A DNA stretch of 64,000 nt from an uncultured delta proteobacterium (GCA_963803435.1 CAWDML010000004.1:32001-96000), one strand, 5' to 3'. Positions 28,824-40,400 are shown, counted from the stretch's first letter. Made by a program: numbers and translations. The notes: a model not told the origin generated them from the sequence alone.

Positions 28824-30329
28824 ATGACCCAGATCCTCACCCGGGCGCAGATGCAAGAGGCCGACCGCATCGCGATCGAGGAGGTCGGCATTCCATCGCT
28901 GGTACTGATGGAGGTCGCCGGGCGAGCCGTTGCGGATGTGGCCGAAAGGCGCGCGCGAGGGCGCTCGGTGCTGGCGCTGGCCGGTACCGGGAACAACGGC
29001 GGGGACGCGGTGGTGGCGGCGCGCCACCTGAAGGAGCGCGGCCTGGACGTCACCCTGGTCGTGCTCGGTGACGAGGAGGCGGCCTCGCCCGACCTTCAGG
29101 CCCAGCTTCACATGGCGCGCGCCCTGGGGATCACGCCGGAGGTCCTCGCGGGCTCGGAGGCGCCGCTCGAGCTTGGGCCCCTGGTCGAACGCCACCCGGT
29201 GCTGCTCGACGGGCTCTTCGGTACCGGTCTGTCTCGCCCGATCGCGGGGTGGCGTGCCGAGGCGATCGAGATCGCCGACGCTTCCCGCGCCGAGATCGTG
29301 GCGATCGACGTGCCCTCTGGGATCGATGCGGACACCGGCGCCGTCCTCGGCGTCGCATTTCATGCGGCCGCGACGGTCACGTTCCAGTGCCCCAAGTTTG
29401 GTCACGTCCTGTTCCCTGGGCGCGCGCACGCGGGCGAGCTTTCGGTGGCGGACATCGGAATTCCGCCCTCGCGTCTCGTCGAGGTGGCGCCGTTCGGCGA
29501 GGTGATCGAGGACGACGTGGTCCGTGAGGCCTGGCCGGCGCGCGCGGACGACACGCACAAGGGCACGTACGGTCACCTCTTGGTCGTCGCAGGCGCGCGC
29601 GATCGACCCGGCTCGATGCTGCTCGCGGGACGCGCCGCGCTGCGGGCGGGAACCGGGCTGGTCACGGTGGCGAGCGACGACGAGACGATCCGGAGGTGCG
29701 CCGGCGCCTTCGACGAGCTCATGGGTCGCTCGCTCGGAGCCACGATCACCGCCGACGCCGTGCTGGCCGCGCTCGAGGGACGCACCGCGCTCGCGATCGG
29801 CCCGTCCCTCGATCCGGATCCAGCGCTCGTCCAATCGATCCTCACGCGGGCGCGCGTCCCCGCGGTCGTCGATGCCGGCGCGGCGGCGGCGCTGGGCCCG
29901 GATCCCTCGTGGCTGGCCGGCCGCACCTTTCCCACGATCTTGACTCCGCACCCGGGCGAGATGGCCAAGATGCTCGGCACCGACACGCGGGTGATCCAGA
30001 AGGATCGCGTGGGCGTGGCCCGCACGGTGGCGCGCTCGACGGGCGCCTTCGTGGTGCTCAAGGGGGCCTCGACGGTGGTCGCGAGCCCCGACGGACGGGC
30101 CGGCGTGTCGCTCCGAGGCAACGCCGGCATGTCGACCGGGGGCGCCGGGGACGTGCTCACCGGGATCGCCGGGGCGCTCCTGGCGCAGGGGGTCGATGGG
30201 GAGCTGGCGGCGCGGGCTGCCGTCCAGGCCCACGCCCGGGCGGGCGATCGCGCGGCCGCCGAGGTCGGAGAGGTTCGGTTGGTCGCCTCGGAGCTGATCC
30301 GCTGGCTCCTCGTAGGGGAGACCGGGTGA
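28824..30329 (+). CDS. nnr: Bifunctional NAD(P)H-hydrate epimerase/dehydratase
   Basis: LME.AG, GNNGGD, DGLFGTG, DVPSG, HKG.YG, TPHPGEM, VLKG and GAGDVL. Confidence 0.95.
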   Translation: MTQILTRAQMQEADRIAIEEVGIPSLVLMEVAGRAVADVAERRARGRSVLALAGTGNNGGDAVVAARHLKERGLDVTLVVLGDEEAASPDLQAQLHMARALGITPEVLAGSEAPLELGPLVERHPVLLDGLFGTGLSRPIAGWRAEAIEIADASRAEIVAIDVPSGIDADTGAVLGVAFHAAATVTFQCPKFGHVLFPGRAHAGELSVADIGIPPSRLVEVAPFGEVIEDDVVREAWPARADDTHKGTYGHLLVVAGARDRPGSMLLAGRAALRAGTGLVTVASDDETIRRCAGAFDELMGRSLGATITADAVLAALEGRTALAIGPSLDPDPALVQSILTRARVPAVVDAGAAAALGPDPSWLAGRTFPTILTPHPGEMAKMLGTDTRVIQKDRVGVARTVARSTGAFVVLKGASTVVASPDGRAGVSLRGNAGMSTGGAGDVLTGIAGALLAQGVDGELAARAAVQAHARAGDRAAAEVGEVRLVASELIRWLLVGETG

Positions 30330-30796
30330 GAGCCCGCTCCCGGGCCGACACCCAGCGACTCGCAGCACGCCTCGCTCACCGGCTGGCGCCGGTCGCGACG
30401 GCCCGGCCGGACGGGATCCTGATCGGGCTCACCGGTGACCTGGGCGCGGGAAAGACCACGTTCGTCCAGGGGTTCGTGGCGGCGCTCCCGGGCGGTCGGG
30501 GGCTGTATGTGACGTCCCCGACCTTCGCGATCGTTCAACAGTATGGGACAGAGCCGCCCGTCCGGCACCTCGACCTGTATCGGATTTCGACCCTCGCGGA
30601 GCTGGAGGCGATCGGCTATCGAGAGCAGTACTTCGCCCCCGGCTTCACCTTGGTCGAATGGGTCGAACGCGTGGAGGAGGCAGTGCCTTCGGAGTGGATC
30701 GAGATTCGCCTTGCCGTGGACCCGTCGGACGTGCGCGAAATCCACGTCCGCCCGCACGGCGAATCCTTGGTCGAGGTCGTTGGGAAGTTCCGATGA
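30326..30796 (+). CDS. tsaE: tRNA threonylcarbamoyladenosine biosynthesis ATPase TsaE
   Basis: GDLGAGKTT, SPTF, HLDLYR and VEW; GTGA overlap with nnr, the conserved nnr-tsaE pair. Confidence 0.93.
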   Translation: MRARSRADTQRLAARLAHRLAPVATARPDGILIGLTGDLGAGKTTFVQGFVAALPGGRGLYVTSPTFAIVQQYGTEPPVRHLDLYRISTLAELEAIGYREQYFAPGFTLVEWVERVEEAVPSEWIEIRLAVDPSDVREIHVRPHGESLVEVVGKFR

Positions 30797-31458
30797 GAGC
30801 GGTGAGCTTGGGCCTGATGGGATTGGTCGCGTTCGGCTGTTCGAGCCCGATGGGGGACGACGATCCGATGGATGCCTCGGTCGCCGACATGGCCACGCCC
30901 GACGGCGGCGTGCGCGCCTTGTGTCCCGCGCTCGAGACGCCGGAGTGCACCGCGGCCGAGGCGTGCGGCGAGGTGATCGATCGACAGTCGAACTGCAGCG
31001 GGTGCTTCGCGTCCAACCGATCGCTCTGCTTGTTCGGCGCGTGCGAGAGCCCCGCAGTGCTCGCCACCTCGAACCCCGTCAACGTTCGATTCACGGTGAC
31101 GGCCGCGCTCGCGCCCCAGGTGATGAGCTTTGCGACCGCAGCGATTGCAGCCGAGACGGCCGGAGGGGCCGAGGTGGGATGCGACCAGGTGTATGCTGGA
31201 GAGGTCGATCTCACCAGCGGCTGCTACAACATCGTGGACAGCCGCGGCCTGATGGCCTCGATGATCGGGCAGACCTATCCCGCGATCTTTTCCAAGCTGC
31301 CGACGGAGCGGAAGGTTCTGCTGCTCATCTGGGGCTACGGGGAGGGGCTGGCCTCCATGGGTGACCCCATCGGCATCTCGTGCACGGCGATCGACGTGGG
31401 CGGACCCGACGGTGACGGGGTAGACGTTGAAGGTGACATGATGCGCCCGATCCAGTAA
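30793..31458 (+). CDS. Cys-containing hypothetical lipoprotein
   Basis: Lipobox AFGC; ATGA overlap with tsaE. Confidence 0.7.
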   Translation: MRAVSLGLMGLVAFGCSSPMGDDDPMDASVADMATPDGGVRALCPALETPECTAAEACGEVIDRQSNCSGCFASNRSLCLFGACESPAVLATSNPVNVRFTVTAALAPQVMSFATAAIAAETAGGAEVGCDQVYAGEVDLTSGCYNIVDSRGLMASMIGQTYPAIFSKLPTERKVLLLIWGYGEGLASMGDPIGISCTAIDVGGPDGDGVDVEGDMMRPIQ

Positions 31459-31483
31459 GCGGGGCGCTTTGAGAGAGTTCCAC

Positions 31484-33061
31484 ATGGCCGAGAACGAGAC
31501 GACGGAGACCGCGACCGCGAGCGAAAAGGCGCCGACGGAAGCGGGAACGAAGAACGGCGAGAGCGCCCTGCCGCACGAGCCTTCGCACGCACCCGAGCTC
31601 CCTGCGAACGAGATGTCGTTCGCCGAGATGTTCGAGCTCGCGGAACAACAATCGGATGATACCCGCAAGGCCGCCAAGAACGCCTTCGGCAATCTCCGCC
31701 CCGGCCAGGTGATCAACGCGAAGATCGTGGGCTTTTCCAACGACTCGGTCTTCCTGGACGTCGGCGCGAAGGCCGAGGGTGTGATCCCCAAGGCCGAGCT
31801 CGTCGATGCCCAAGGCGAGATGAAGCTGACGGAAGGCGACATCGTCGAGGCGCGGGTCCGCAAGTTCGAAGGCGGCACCGTGGTGCTCACGAAGGTGCTC
31901 CCGCATCAGAGCATCAAGAACCGCGAGCAGCTGCGCGAGGCGTATTCGATCGGCCTCCCGATCGAGGGCCGGGTCACCGAGAAGAACAAGGGTGGCTTCG
32001 ACATCGAGATCAGCGGTCTTCGTGCGTTCTGTCCTCAGTCGCAGATCGATCTCCGCCCCCAAAAGGCGGAGGAGTACCTCGGCAAGAAGTTCCCGTTCAA
32101 GATCGTCGAGTTCAAGGATGGCGGCCGGAACATCGTCGTCTCCCGGCGCGTGATCCTCGACGAGGAGAAGAAGAAGCGCGCCGAAGAGGTGATGAAGACG
32201 CTCGAGGTCGGCGCGCGCGTCCACGGCGAGGTCACCTCCCTCAAGGATTACGGTGCGTTCATCGACGTCGGCGGGGTCGAGGGCCTGGTGCACCTCTCCG
32301 AGATCTCCCACGGCCACGTCAACAAGGCGCAGGAGAAGCTGAAGGTCGGCGATCAGGTCCTGGCGGTGGTCCTCAAGATCGAGGACGGCAAGGACGGCCA
32401 GAAGAAGATCAGCCTCTCCATGAAGTCGCTGCTCTCCGATCCGTGGAGCGCGGCCGTGGACCAGGTCAAGATCGGGCAGAAGGTGCGGGGCAAGGTGGCC
32501 CGCATCCAGACGTTCGGCGCCTTCGTCGAGATCCTTCCCGGCGTCGACGGCCTCATCCACGTCTCCAACATGCTGACCGGCGGGCGCGTGAAGGACCCGC
32601 GCGACGTTCTCAAGGAGGGCGATGAGGTCGAGGCCACCGTCATCAGCACGGACTGGGACAAGCGGCGCATCGGGCTCTCGCTGGTGAAGACGCGCCAGGA
32701 GCTGGCCGGCGAGCTGAAGCAGAACCAGGTGCTCGAGGGGACCGTCGACAAGATCGAGAGCTTCGGCCTCTTCGTGAAGCTGCCGACCGGCGCCCGCGGG
32801 CTCGTGCCGGCCGCGGAGAGCAACACGCAGCGCGGTGTCGATCTGAAGAAGGAGTTCAGCGAGGGGCAGAAGGTGAAGGTGGCAGTGCTGGAGACCGACA
32901 AGAAGTCGGGCAAGATCCGGCTCTCGATCCGGGCCGCGCTGGAAGCCGAGGAGCGGGCCGAATACGCCGGCTACCTCGACACCTCCACGCCCAAAGGCAA
33001 GGGTCTCGGGACGCTCGGCGACCTCTTCCGCGCCAAGCTCGGTACGCTCAAGAGCGAGTGA
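31484..33061 (+). CDS. Ribosomal protein S1-like protein (five S1 domains)
   Basis: Repeated G...G.V....FGAF(I/V)...GL.H.S units; RAFCPQSQID; NIVVSRR. Confidence 0.9.
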   Translation: MAENETTETATASEKAPTEAGTKNGESALPHEPSHAPELPANEMSFAEMFELAEQQSDDTRKAAKNAFGNLRPGQVINAKIVGFSNDSVFLDVGAKAEGVIPKAELVDAQGEMKLTEGDIVEARVRKFEGGTVVLTKVLPHQSIKNREQLREAYSIGLPIEGRVTEKNKGGFDIEISGLRAFCPQSQIDLRPQKAEEYLGKKFPFKIVEFKDGGRNIVVSRRVILDEEKKKRAEEVMKTLEVGARVHGEVTSLKDYGAFIDVGGVEGLVHLSEISHGHVNKAQEKLKVGDQVLAVVLKIEDGKDGQKKISLSMKSLLSDPWSAAVDQVKIGQKVRGKVARIQTFGAFVEILPGVDGLIHVSNMLTGGRVKDPRDVLKEGDEVEATVISTDWDKRRIGLSLVKTRQELAGELKQNQVLEGTVDKIESFGLFVKLPTGARGLVPAAESNTQRGVDLKKEFSEGQKVKVAVLETDKKSGKIRLSIRAALEAEERAEYAGYLDTSTPKGKGLGTLGDLFRAKLGTLKSE

Positions 33062-33158
33062 CTCCGCAGAGTGGAGTGGCTTGGCGCCCGCCGGTGTGAC
33101 CCGGTGGGACTCGTCACGCTTGCACGCACGGCCTGAGAGCCGCGTAGAATGAACGTCT

Positions 33159-33707
33159 ATGCTCAAGCGCGCGCTCTTTCCTCTCCTCGGCGCGGCCGTG
33201 CTCAGCGGCTGCAGCCTCATCTCGACCGAGGTCGAGACCAACGTGAAGGTGTCCGGGACCATCGACGGATCCGACACCCAGGTCTATGACAGCTTCGTTC
33301 AGGACCTGCTCGAGATCGACGACTACAAGAACAACATCGACAAGATCAAAAGCGGAGAGGTCTACGCCTTCCTGATCGAGTTCACGAACATCTACGATGA
33401 CAACAACGCGCGCACGGTCGGCGGCCGGGTGAACGTCCGCTATGCAGACAGCGACGATCCCTGGATCGAGGGCGTCGCCCAGTGGAACCCGGTGTACGTG
33501 GGCGACGCGTCCGACACCGATCGCAACTCGCGGCTCAACCAGATCTATCTCGAGCCCACGCCCGAGACGGCGAAGCGGCTCAACGACATCCTGTTCAACG
33601 ACAACCCGCGACCCGTCGAGTTCCAGGTCGAAGGGTTCGCCAGCGAAGCGCCTGTCCACTTCGACTACCGCGTGACCGTGTACCTCCGCATCAAGGCTCA
33701 CGGCTGA
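33159..33707 (+). CDS. Hypothetical lipoprotein
   Basis: Lipobox LSGC; typical codon usage; TAGAAT 8 nt upstream of the start. Confidence 0.75.
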   Translation: MLKRALFPLLGAAVLSGCSLISTEVETNVKVSGTIDGSDTQVYDSFVQDLLEIDDYKNNIDKIKSGEVYAFLIEFTNIYDDNNARTVGGRVNVRYADSDDPWIEGVAQWNPVYVGDASDTDRNSRLNQIYLEPTPETAKRLNDILFNDNPRPVEFQVEGFASEAPVHFDYRVTVYLRIKAHG

Positions 33708-35527
33708 GCGCCCAGCGCCTCCATCGCCGCCCGGATCTGAGCCGCCATCTCCGTCGGTGCTCGCTCGAGCGCCTGCCGGTAGTGCGCGAGCGCCTGGTCC
33801 CTTCTCCCCTGCTCAGCCGCGATGGCCCCGGCGAGGACGTGCGCGGTGAATGCGTTCGGATCCAGGGCGAGCGCGGCCTCGACCGTCGTCTCCGCCGTCG
33901 CGAGATCGCCGGCGTCGGCCTGAACGCGCGCCAGCGTGATCCGTAGATCGACGTGCTCCGGCGCGAGCGCGACGGCACGCTCGAGGTGGACCCGTGCCTC
34001 GGCGAAGCGACCGAGCGAGGCCAGGGCGGCGCCCAGGTTGGCCTGCGCCTGGAGGTGGTCGGGCGCCCGCTCGAGCACGCTCGCGTAGTGCTGTGCGGCT
34101 TCGTCGAGGCGGCCGATCGCGAGCAGCAGGTTCCCGAGGTCGTAGTGCGCCTCCACGCTCCCCGCGTCCAGCTCGAGCGCCCGGCGGAAGTGCTTGGCGG
34201 CCTCGTCGGGCCGGCCGCTCTCCGCGAGGGCGCTCCCCAGGTCGACCTGCGCGTCCGGAGCCTCCGGCGCGATCCGGACCGCCTGCTCGAACGCCTCGAC
34301 GGCGCCGGGCAGGTCGTGCGCGAGGGCGAGCGCACGGCCCAGGTTGAGCCGGACCATGAAGTTGTCCGGGGCTCGGGCGGCGGCGTCGCGGTAGACCGTG
34401 ATCTCGTCGGTGAACAGCGCCGCGCGCTCGGCGGTGAGGAACAACAAGCCCGCCGTCAGGATCGCGGCCGCGGGCGTGCGCTGGCCGGCGCGGAGCCTCG
34501 CCCACAGGGGCGAGAGCAGCGCCAGCGGGCCGGCGATCGCCGGGTACTGCCAGTGATCGGCGACCAGGGAGAACTGCATGAACGGGATGTCGACGAAGCC
34601 GAGCACGGGGATCAGGTTGAGCGCGAAGAAGGTGAGGGCGTAGGCGGGCGCGCGGGCCCGGCGGAGGAGCCAGACGGCCACGACGACGCCGAGGAGCGGG
34701 AGCCAGGCGTGGGGCGACGAGGCCTCGATGTGCCAGCGAGGGTAGACGAACGACAGACCGATCGGGACCACGGTCTTGAAGAGGTAGAACCACAGCGCCC
34801 AGCCCGCGCCCAGGGCTCGCTCCAGCAGCGTGTCGTCGCGGACGATCGCCGTGCCGACCAGGTAGTGGAGGCGGTGGAACCAGACCGCGACTGCGCCCAG
34901 CACCAGCGCGATCGCGCCGAGGGGCAGGACGCCGACGAGCGCGCGTCGGGTCGGGCGACCGTGCCGCCAGGCGGAGAAGAGGAGGAGCACCGCGGGAAAC
35001 ATCACCGCCGAGGTCTTGCTCAGCATGGCGGCGGTGAAGGCGGCGCCCACCAGCACCAGCGTGCGCCGCGACCCGGAGGTCTCGTAGGAGAGGAAGGCGA
35101 GGGCGGCGCCGAGCGCGAAGGCGCTGGCGAGCAACGTCTTGGCCTGGAACATCCACGCGACCGCCTCGACGTTGACCGGGTGGAGGACGAACGCGATCGC
35201 GGGGACCAAAGGGTGGGCGCAATCCAGCTTGCGGAGGATTCGATGGATCAGGACCGCGTTGATCCCGTGGAGCGCCGCGTTGCCGAGGTGGTACGGCAGC
35301 ACCCAGGTCCCGAAGAGCTGCCGGAGGGCCCACAGCCACGTGTACGAGAGCGGCCAGTAGTCGTGGCTCTCGGTGGTCAGCCAGATCCGGCGGAGACCGT
35401 CGGGTCCGGCGAGGAGCGGGTTGTAGAAGAGGAACTGGGTGTCGTCCCAGATCGGCGCGCCGTTCAGCGCGGGGAGGTATGCGATCATCGCCAGCGCGAG
35501 CAGGAGCAGCGCCGCTCTCTTCTCCAC
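33698..35527 (-). CDS. TMTC-like GT-C membrane glycosyltransferase with C-terminal TPR repeats
   Basis: WDD in the first loop, YWPL, YHL.N..LH, HPVNVEAVAW, SK and ADHWQYP; several TPRs (AHYDLGNLL..GR.DEA). Confidence 0.85.
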   Translation of the reverse strand: MEKRAALLLLALAMIAYLPALNGAPIWDDTQFLFYNPLLAGPDGLRRIWLTTESHDYWPLSYTWLWALRQLFGTWVLPYHLGNAALHGINAVLIHRILRKLDCAHPLVPAIAFVLHPVNVEAVAWMFQAKTLLASAFALGAALAFLSYETSGSRRTLVLVGAAFTAAMLSKTSAVMFPAVLLLFSAWRHGRPTRRALVGVLPLGAIALVLGAVAVWFHRLHYLVGTAIVRDDTLLERALGAGWALWFYLFKTVVPIGLSFVYPRWHIEASSPHAWLPLLGVVVAVWLLRRARAPAYALTFFALNLIPVLGFVDIPFMQFSLVADHWQYPAIAGPLALLSPLWARLRAGQRTPAAAILTAGLLFLTAERAALFTDEITVYRDAAARAPDNFMVRLNLGRALALAHDLPGAVEAFEQAVRIAPEAPDAQVDLGSALAESGRPDEAAKHFRRALELDAGSVEAHYDLGNLLLAIGRLDEAAQHYASVLERAPDHLQAQANLGAALASLGRFAEARVHLERAVALAPEHVDLRITLARVQADAGDLATAETTVEAALALDPNAFTAHVLAGAIAAEQGRRDQALAHYRQALERAPTEMAAQIRAAMEALGAQP

Positions 35528-35530
35528 GGG

Positions 35531-36472
35531 CTAGGTCTCTTCCGCGACGCTGTACATGGCGTCGTCCCGCGAGTGATAGAACGGCAAAAGACCGGCGAGG
35601 AATCCCAGCGACATCATCTGTGCGCCGAAGATCAGGCCGGCCACCGCGTAGATGGTGAGCGGCCGGCGGGTCAGCGGCAGGTAGCTCTCCGGGTACCAGA
35701 ACTGGAAGAGCCAGGTGCCGGCGAGATAGGACATGACCAGGAGGCTCACCACCAGCGCCACCAGCCCGACGCCGCCGAGCACGTGCTGCGGGCGCGCGCG
35801 ATAGCCGGTCAGGTATCGGATCATCAGTAGGTCGAGGAAGCCGCGGAACAGCCGGGACGAGCCGAACTTGGTGCGGCCGTGCTGCCGCGGGCGGTGATCG
35901 ACCGCCAGCTCGGTGACGCGAAAGCCCAGCTCGTCGGCGAGGATCGGGAGGAAGCGGTAGAGCTCGCCGTAGATCCGGACGTCGCGGAGGACCTCGCGCC
36001 GCATGCACTTGAGGCCGCAGTTGTGATCGTGGAGCGACATGCCCGAGAGGCCGTTGGCGAGCCCGTTGAAGACGCGGCTCGCCATCGTCTTGGACCACGG
36101 ATCCCGTCGTGCGCGCCGCCAGCCGTTCACCAGATCGAAGCCCTCGTCGAGCTTGCGGACCAGGTTCGGCAGCTCCTCGGCCAGGTCCTGGCCGTCGCCG
36201 TCCATGGTGCAGACCAGCTCGCCCTGGGCGCGCGCGACGCCGGCGGCCAGCGCGGCGCCCTTTCCGAAGGCCCGGCGGAGTCGCACCGCCCGCACGCGCG
36301 GATCGGCGTCGACCAGCGCGCGCAGCTTGGCCCAGGATCCGTCGCGGCTGCCGTCGTCGACGAAGAGGATCTCGATCTCCAGGCCGTGCGCCTCCGAGGT
36401 CGCGGCCAGGCCGGCGTGGAGCGCCTCGAGGCTCGCCTCCTCGTCCCGCACCGGGATGACGACGGAGATCAT
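35531..36472 (-). CDS. GT2 polyprenyl-phosphate glycosyltransferase (ArnC/DPM1-like)
   Basis: ISVVIP..DE, VDDGSRD, MDGDGQD, DLVNGWR, HDHNCGLK and HRPRQHG; C-terminal TM helices. Confidence 0.9.
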   Translation of the reverse strand: MISVVIPVRDEEASLEALHAGLAATSEAHGLEIEILFVDDGSRDGSWAKLRALVDADPRVRAVRLRRAFGKGAALAAGVARAQGELVCTMDGDGQDLAEELPNLVRKLDEGFDLVNGWRRARRDPWSKTMASRVFNGLANGLSGMSLHDHNCGLKCMRREVLRDVRIYGELYRFLPILADELGFRVTELAVDHRPRQHGRTKFGSSRLFRGFLDLLMIRYLTGYRARPQHVLGGVGLVALVVSLLVMSYLAGTWLFQFWYPESYLPLTRRPLTIYAVAGLIFGAQMMSLGFLAGLLPFYHSRDDAMYSVAEET

Positions 36473-36616
36473 CCACGCCGCGTATATCATGATCCGACGT
36501 TGTTACCCTCCAAAGCGTGACGATCGGATGTTCCGATCCGCGCGTTCCCGTGGCTCGTGGATCGTCACGGTGACGGTGATCGTGACGTGGACGGCCGAAG
36601 GAGCGACCTCCGTCGC

Positions 36617-37405
36617 TCACGCACCGAAGTACCCGCGGATCGCGCCCAGCAGCGTCGCGCCGTGGAGCGCGAGCAGGCCGGCGGCGAGGAGCGGATCGGC
36701 GCCGGTGAACAGGCGCAGGCGGTCCTCGGCGCGACCCGGGGCGCGCGGGTCGAAGCCGTACAGGCGCGCGGTCTGGCCGAAGCCGACGCCGACGCGGTGG
36801 GCCTTCGAGAGGAGCGCGCGTGCATCGGTTCGAGACGGGTGGCGGACGACGGCCGCAGGCGCGAGCGCGATCGGGAAGCCGGCGGCGGCGGCGCGACGCC
36901 CGTGCTCGGCGTCGCCGCCGGAGGTGAGACGGGCGTCGAACAGGCCGACGGCGTCGAACACCTCGCGGCGTACAAAGAGGTTGGCGGTGGCGCCGAAGCC
37001 CTCGGCGACGTAGCGATCCTGGCGGAGGAAGCGCGCGCGATCGAGGCGCTCGCAGTAGCTCGGCGGATCGCCGGCCGTGAGCTCGATGCGCCCTGCGACC
37101 CGCGGCACCGTCGTCAGCGCGGCCAGGCCGGCTCGGAGCCAGTCCGGGTCGGGTCGGCAGTCGGCGTCGGTGAATGCGAGCGCGACGCCGGTGGTGGCGC
37201 GGATCCCGGCGTTGCGCGCGGCGTAGGCGCCGGAGGGTCGGTCGAGCCGGAGGTGGGCGCCGGCGAGCGGCGGCGCCGAGGCGTCGTCGACGATCGCGAT
37301 CTCGAAGTCTTCCCGGGGGAGCGTCTGGCGCTCGAGATCACGAAGCAGTCGATCGAGCGAGGCGGCGTCACAACGCGCCGCGACGACCACCGAGACGACC
37401 GCCAC
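36617..37405 (-). CDS. GT2-family glycosyltransferase
   Basis: VDDAS, AARNAG, FTDADC, TANL, GLFD and GGD. Confidence 0.85.
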   Translation of the reverse strand: MAVVSVVVAARCDAASLDRLLRDLERQTLPREDFEIAIVDDASAPPLAGAHLRLDRPSGAYAARNAGIRATTGVALAFTDADCRPDPDWLRAGLAALTTVPRVAGRIELTAGDPPSYCERLDRARFLRQDRYVAEGFGATANLFVRREVFDAVGLFDARLTSGGDAEHGRRAAAAGFPIALAPAAVVRHPSRTDARALLSKAHRVGVGFGQTARLYGFDPRAPGRAEDRLRLFTGADPLLAAGLLALHGATLLGAIRGYFGA

Positions 37406-37472
37406 GCTCTGGATGTACCTCCGGGGCTCACGCTTGCCCAGGGCCTCTCGGACGTGCGCTCATGCCGGCGCC

Positions 37473-40400
37473 ATGCGCGCGCTGCTTCTCGCCCCTCTCT
37501 TGCTCGCTGCCTGCGGGGGCGGCGGTGACGCCGTCATCCCGGACGCTGGGTTCGAGGACTCCGGGCCTCCGCCCGACAGCGGCTACTACCCCGGCCAGGT
37601 GCTCCTCTCCACGGTGACCCTCGACCTCGGTGCGATCGTCCTCGGCACCTCCAACAGCGGCTCCTTCACCATCACCAACCCGGGGACCGAGAGCGTGAAG
37701 ATCGCGTTGGCGCAGGCGTCCGGGCCCGACGCGGAGCGCTTCGTCCGTTCCGTGAACGTCCCGGAGACCGCCGGATCGTTCAAGCTCGAGGCCGGCGGCG
37801 TCGCCACGGTGACCGTGAGCGGCACGCCGGAGGCGGAGGGTCCGATCGGCGCAGCGATCCAGATCGACTCGTGCGAGACCGGATGTCCCCAGACCGTGAT
37901 GCTCGCCGGCGAGGGCGTTCTCTCGGGCGTGCGCTGTCCCGAACGCCTCGACCTCGGGCTGGTCAACCCGGGCAACTGCGTCATGCGCACGCTCACCTGC
38001 ACGAACGCGGGCAACGCGACCGAGCGGATCACCGCCGTGGAGCTGGAGCCGACCAGCGATCCCGAGATCACCTTGGCCCGTCCGGCGCTCCCGATCGTGC
38101 TCGCGGCCCGCGGAAGGCTGAACCTCGACGTCGCCTACTGTCCGGAGTCGCCCGCCGAGCATCAGGGCGAGATCACGATCGCCACCTTCACGCCGTTCCA
38201 GACCGAGCGCTCGATCCGGCTGACGGGGCGGGGCGGCGGCGCCGACATCAGCTGCGAGCCCACGGAGCTCGACTTCGGCGCCGTCGGAGTGGGCGCCTCG
38301 GTGACCGGTCAGGTGCTCTGCCACAACCGCGGCTTCGATCCCGGTGAGCTCGACGTGAGCCTCGCGGGCGGCACCGAGTTCTCCATCGATGCGGTTGGTT
38401 CGCAGCTCGGCGTCGGAGAGACCGTCGCTTTGACCGTGACTCACGCACCGGCGAGCCCGGGGCCGAAGCAGGATACCTTGCGCATCGCCACCAACGATCC
38501 CGACGCCCCGGAGATCGACGTCCCGCTGCGCTCGACCGCGCTCATGGTCAATCCGTGCGCTGCGGTGCTCGAGCCCACCTCCTTCGACCTCGGTCTGGTC
38601 GGGCTCGGCGACGCGCGGGTGGCGCGGTTCTACGTGAAGAACACCGGCGACGCCGCCTGCCTGGTCCGCGACGTCCATCTCACGCTCGGCTCGGGGACGG
38701 ACTTCCAGGTCGTCGAGCCGCCTCCTCCGGGCGTCACCATCGATCCCGGCTCGGCCCGCGCGATCGATGTCCAGCTGGCGCCGCAGAGCAACGGCGCGGT
38801 GAACGCCCGGCTGGTGGTGGCCTTCAGCAACCCGGGCACGACCGAGCTCACCGGCGACCTCAACGCGGTCGCCGGCGTCACCCCCATCGCGATCGATCCG
38901 CCGGTGATCGACTTCGGTCCCACGCCGCTCGGCTGCGCCGCGCCCCACACGCTGACCGTCCAGCTGCGGCGGATCGCCGGCGGCACGGGCAGCGTCCTCA
39001 ACGTGCAGGTGGCGAACGACGCCACCGGGGTCTTCTCGGTCGCCGCGAGCGTCCCGCAGACGCTGGCCTTCTGGGACACCACCGAGCTGTCGGTCTCCTA
39101 CGATCCACAGGTCGCCGGCCGCGACTCGGCGCAGCTCCGGATCATCACCGACGCCTCCCCGACGGCCATCATCGTTCCGATCACCGGCGAGGCGGTCGCC
39201 GCCGGCCCGCAGCACGACCTGGCGGTGATGTCGCCGCGCGCGGTCGACCTCCTGTTCGTGATCGACGATGCCTGCTCGATGCGTCCCGCACAGACAGCCC
39301 TGGCCGCCGCCATCGGCGAGCTCGATCGGATCCGTCTCGACCGTCAGGCCGACGTCCACGCCGCCGTGATCACGACCGACATGGAGAACACCGATCGCTC
39401 CGGTCACTTCCAGGGCATCCCGCCCGTCCTCGACGGCGCCTCGCCGTCCTTCCGCTCCGCGCTCGAGTCCCGGGTCGCGGTAGGGATCGGGGGGAGCAGC
39501 AACGAGATGGGCGTGCTGGCTCTGTACACCGCGCTCACGCCGCCCCTGTCGAACGCCGGCAATGCAGGCTTTCTGCGAGCCGACGCGGACCTCGCGATCA
39601 TCGCGGTGAGTGACGAGAACGACTACTCCCCGCCGACGCCCGCGATCCCTCCGGTGGTGGCGGCGCTCCGTCAGGCGGCCGGTCGCGGTCGCTTGCTCGT
39701 CGCCGGCATGGTGGGGCTGCCGAACCGCAGCTGCAGCGGGCCGTACGGAACGGCCTCCGCGGCCTCCCGCTGGTTCGAGCTCTCCGGACGCACGCAGACG
39801 GACGTCCCCACCTCGATCTGCAACACGATGCAGGCCAACCTGCGGGCGCTCGGCGAGCGGCTCTTCGGGGTCCCGGCGGTATCGCTCAGCGGGCGCCCGC
39901 TCATCGGGACGATCGCGGTGACCGTCGATGGGGCTCCACTCCCGGCCTCTGCGTGGCGCTACGATCTCTCCACGAACCGGGTCGTGATCCTCGATCCAGC
40001 GGACGCGCCGATCGGCGCCGGCGTCGAGGTGACCTACGATCCGGTGTGCCTGAGCGCTACCTGCGGCGACGGCGCGACCGATCCGGGCGAGGAGTGCGAC
40101 GACTCGAACACGAACGGCGATGATTCCTGCGTCGACTGCGCGCAAGCGGTGTGCGGCGACGGCATCGTCGAGGTCGGCGTCGAGGCCTGCGACGATGGCA
40201 ACCTGATCGAGAGTGACGCCTGCCTGCCCGGCTGCAGCGAAGCCACCTGCGGGGACGGAGTGCTCCGCCTCGGCGTCGAGACCTGCGACGACGGCAACAC
40301 GGTGAGCGGCGACGGCTGCCCCGCGACGTGCCGCTACTACACGGTCAGCGGTCCGGATCCGCAGCCGTTCGTCCCCATCACCGGCGGCACGCCGCTGACG

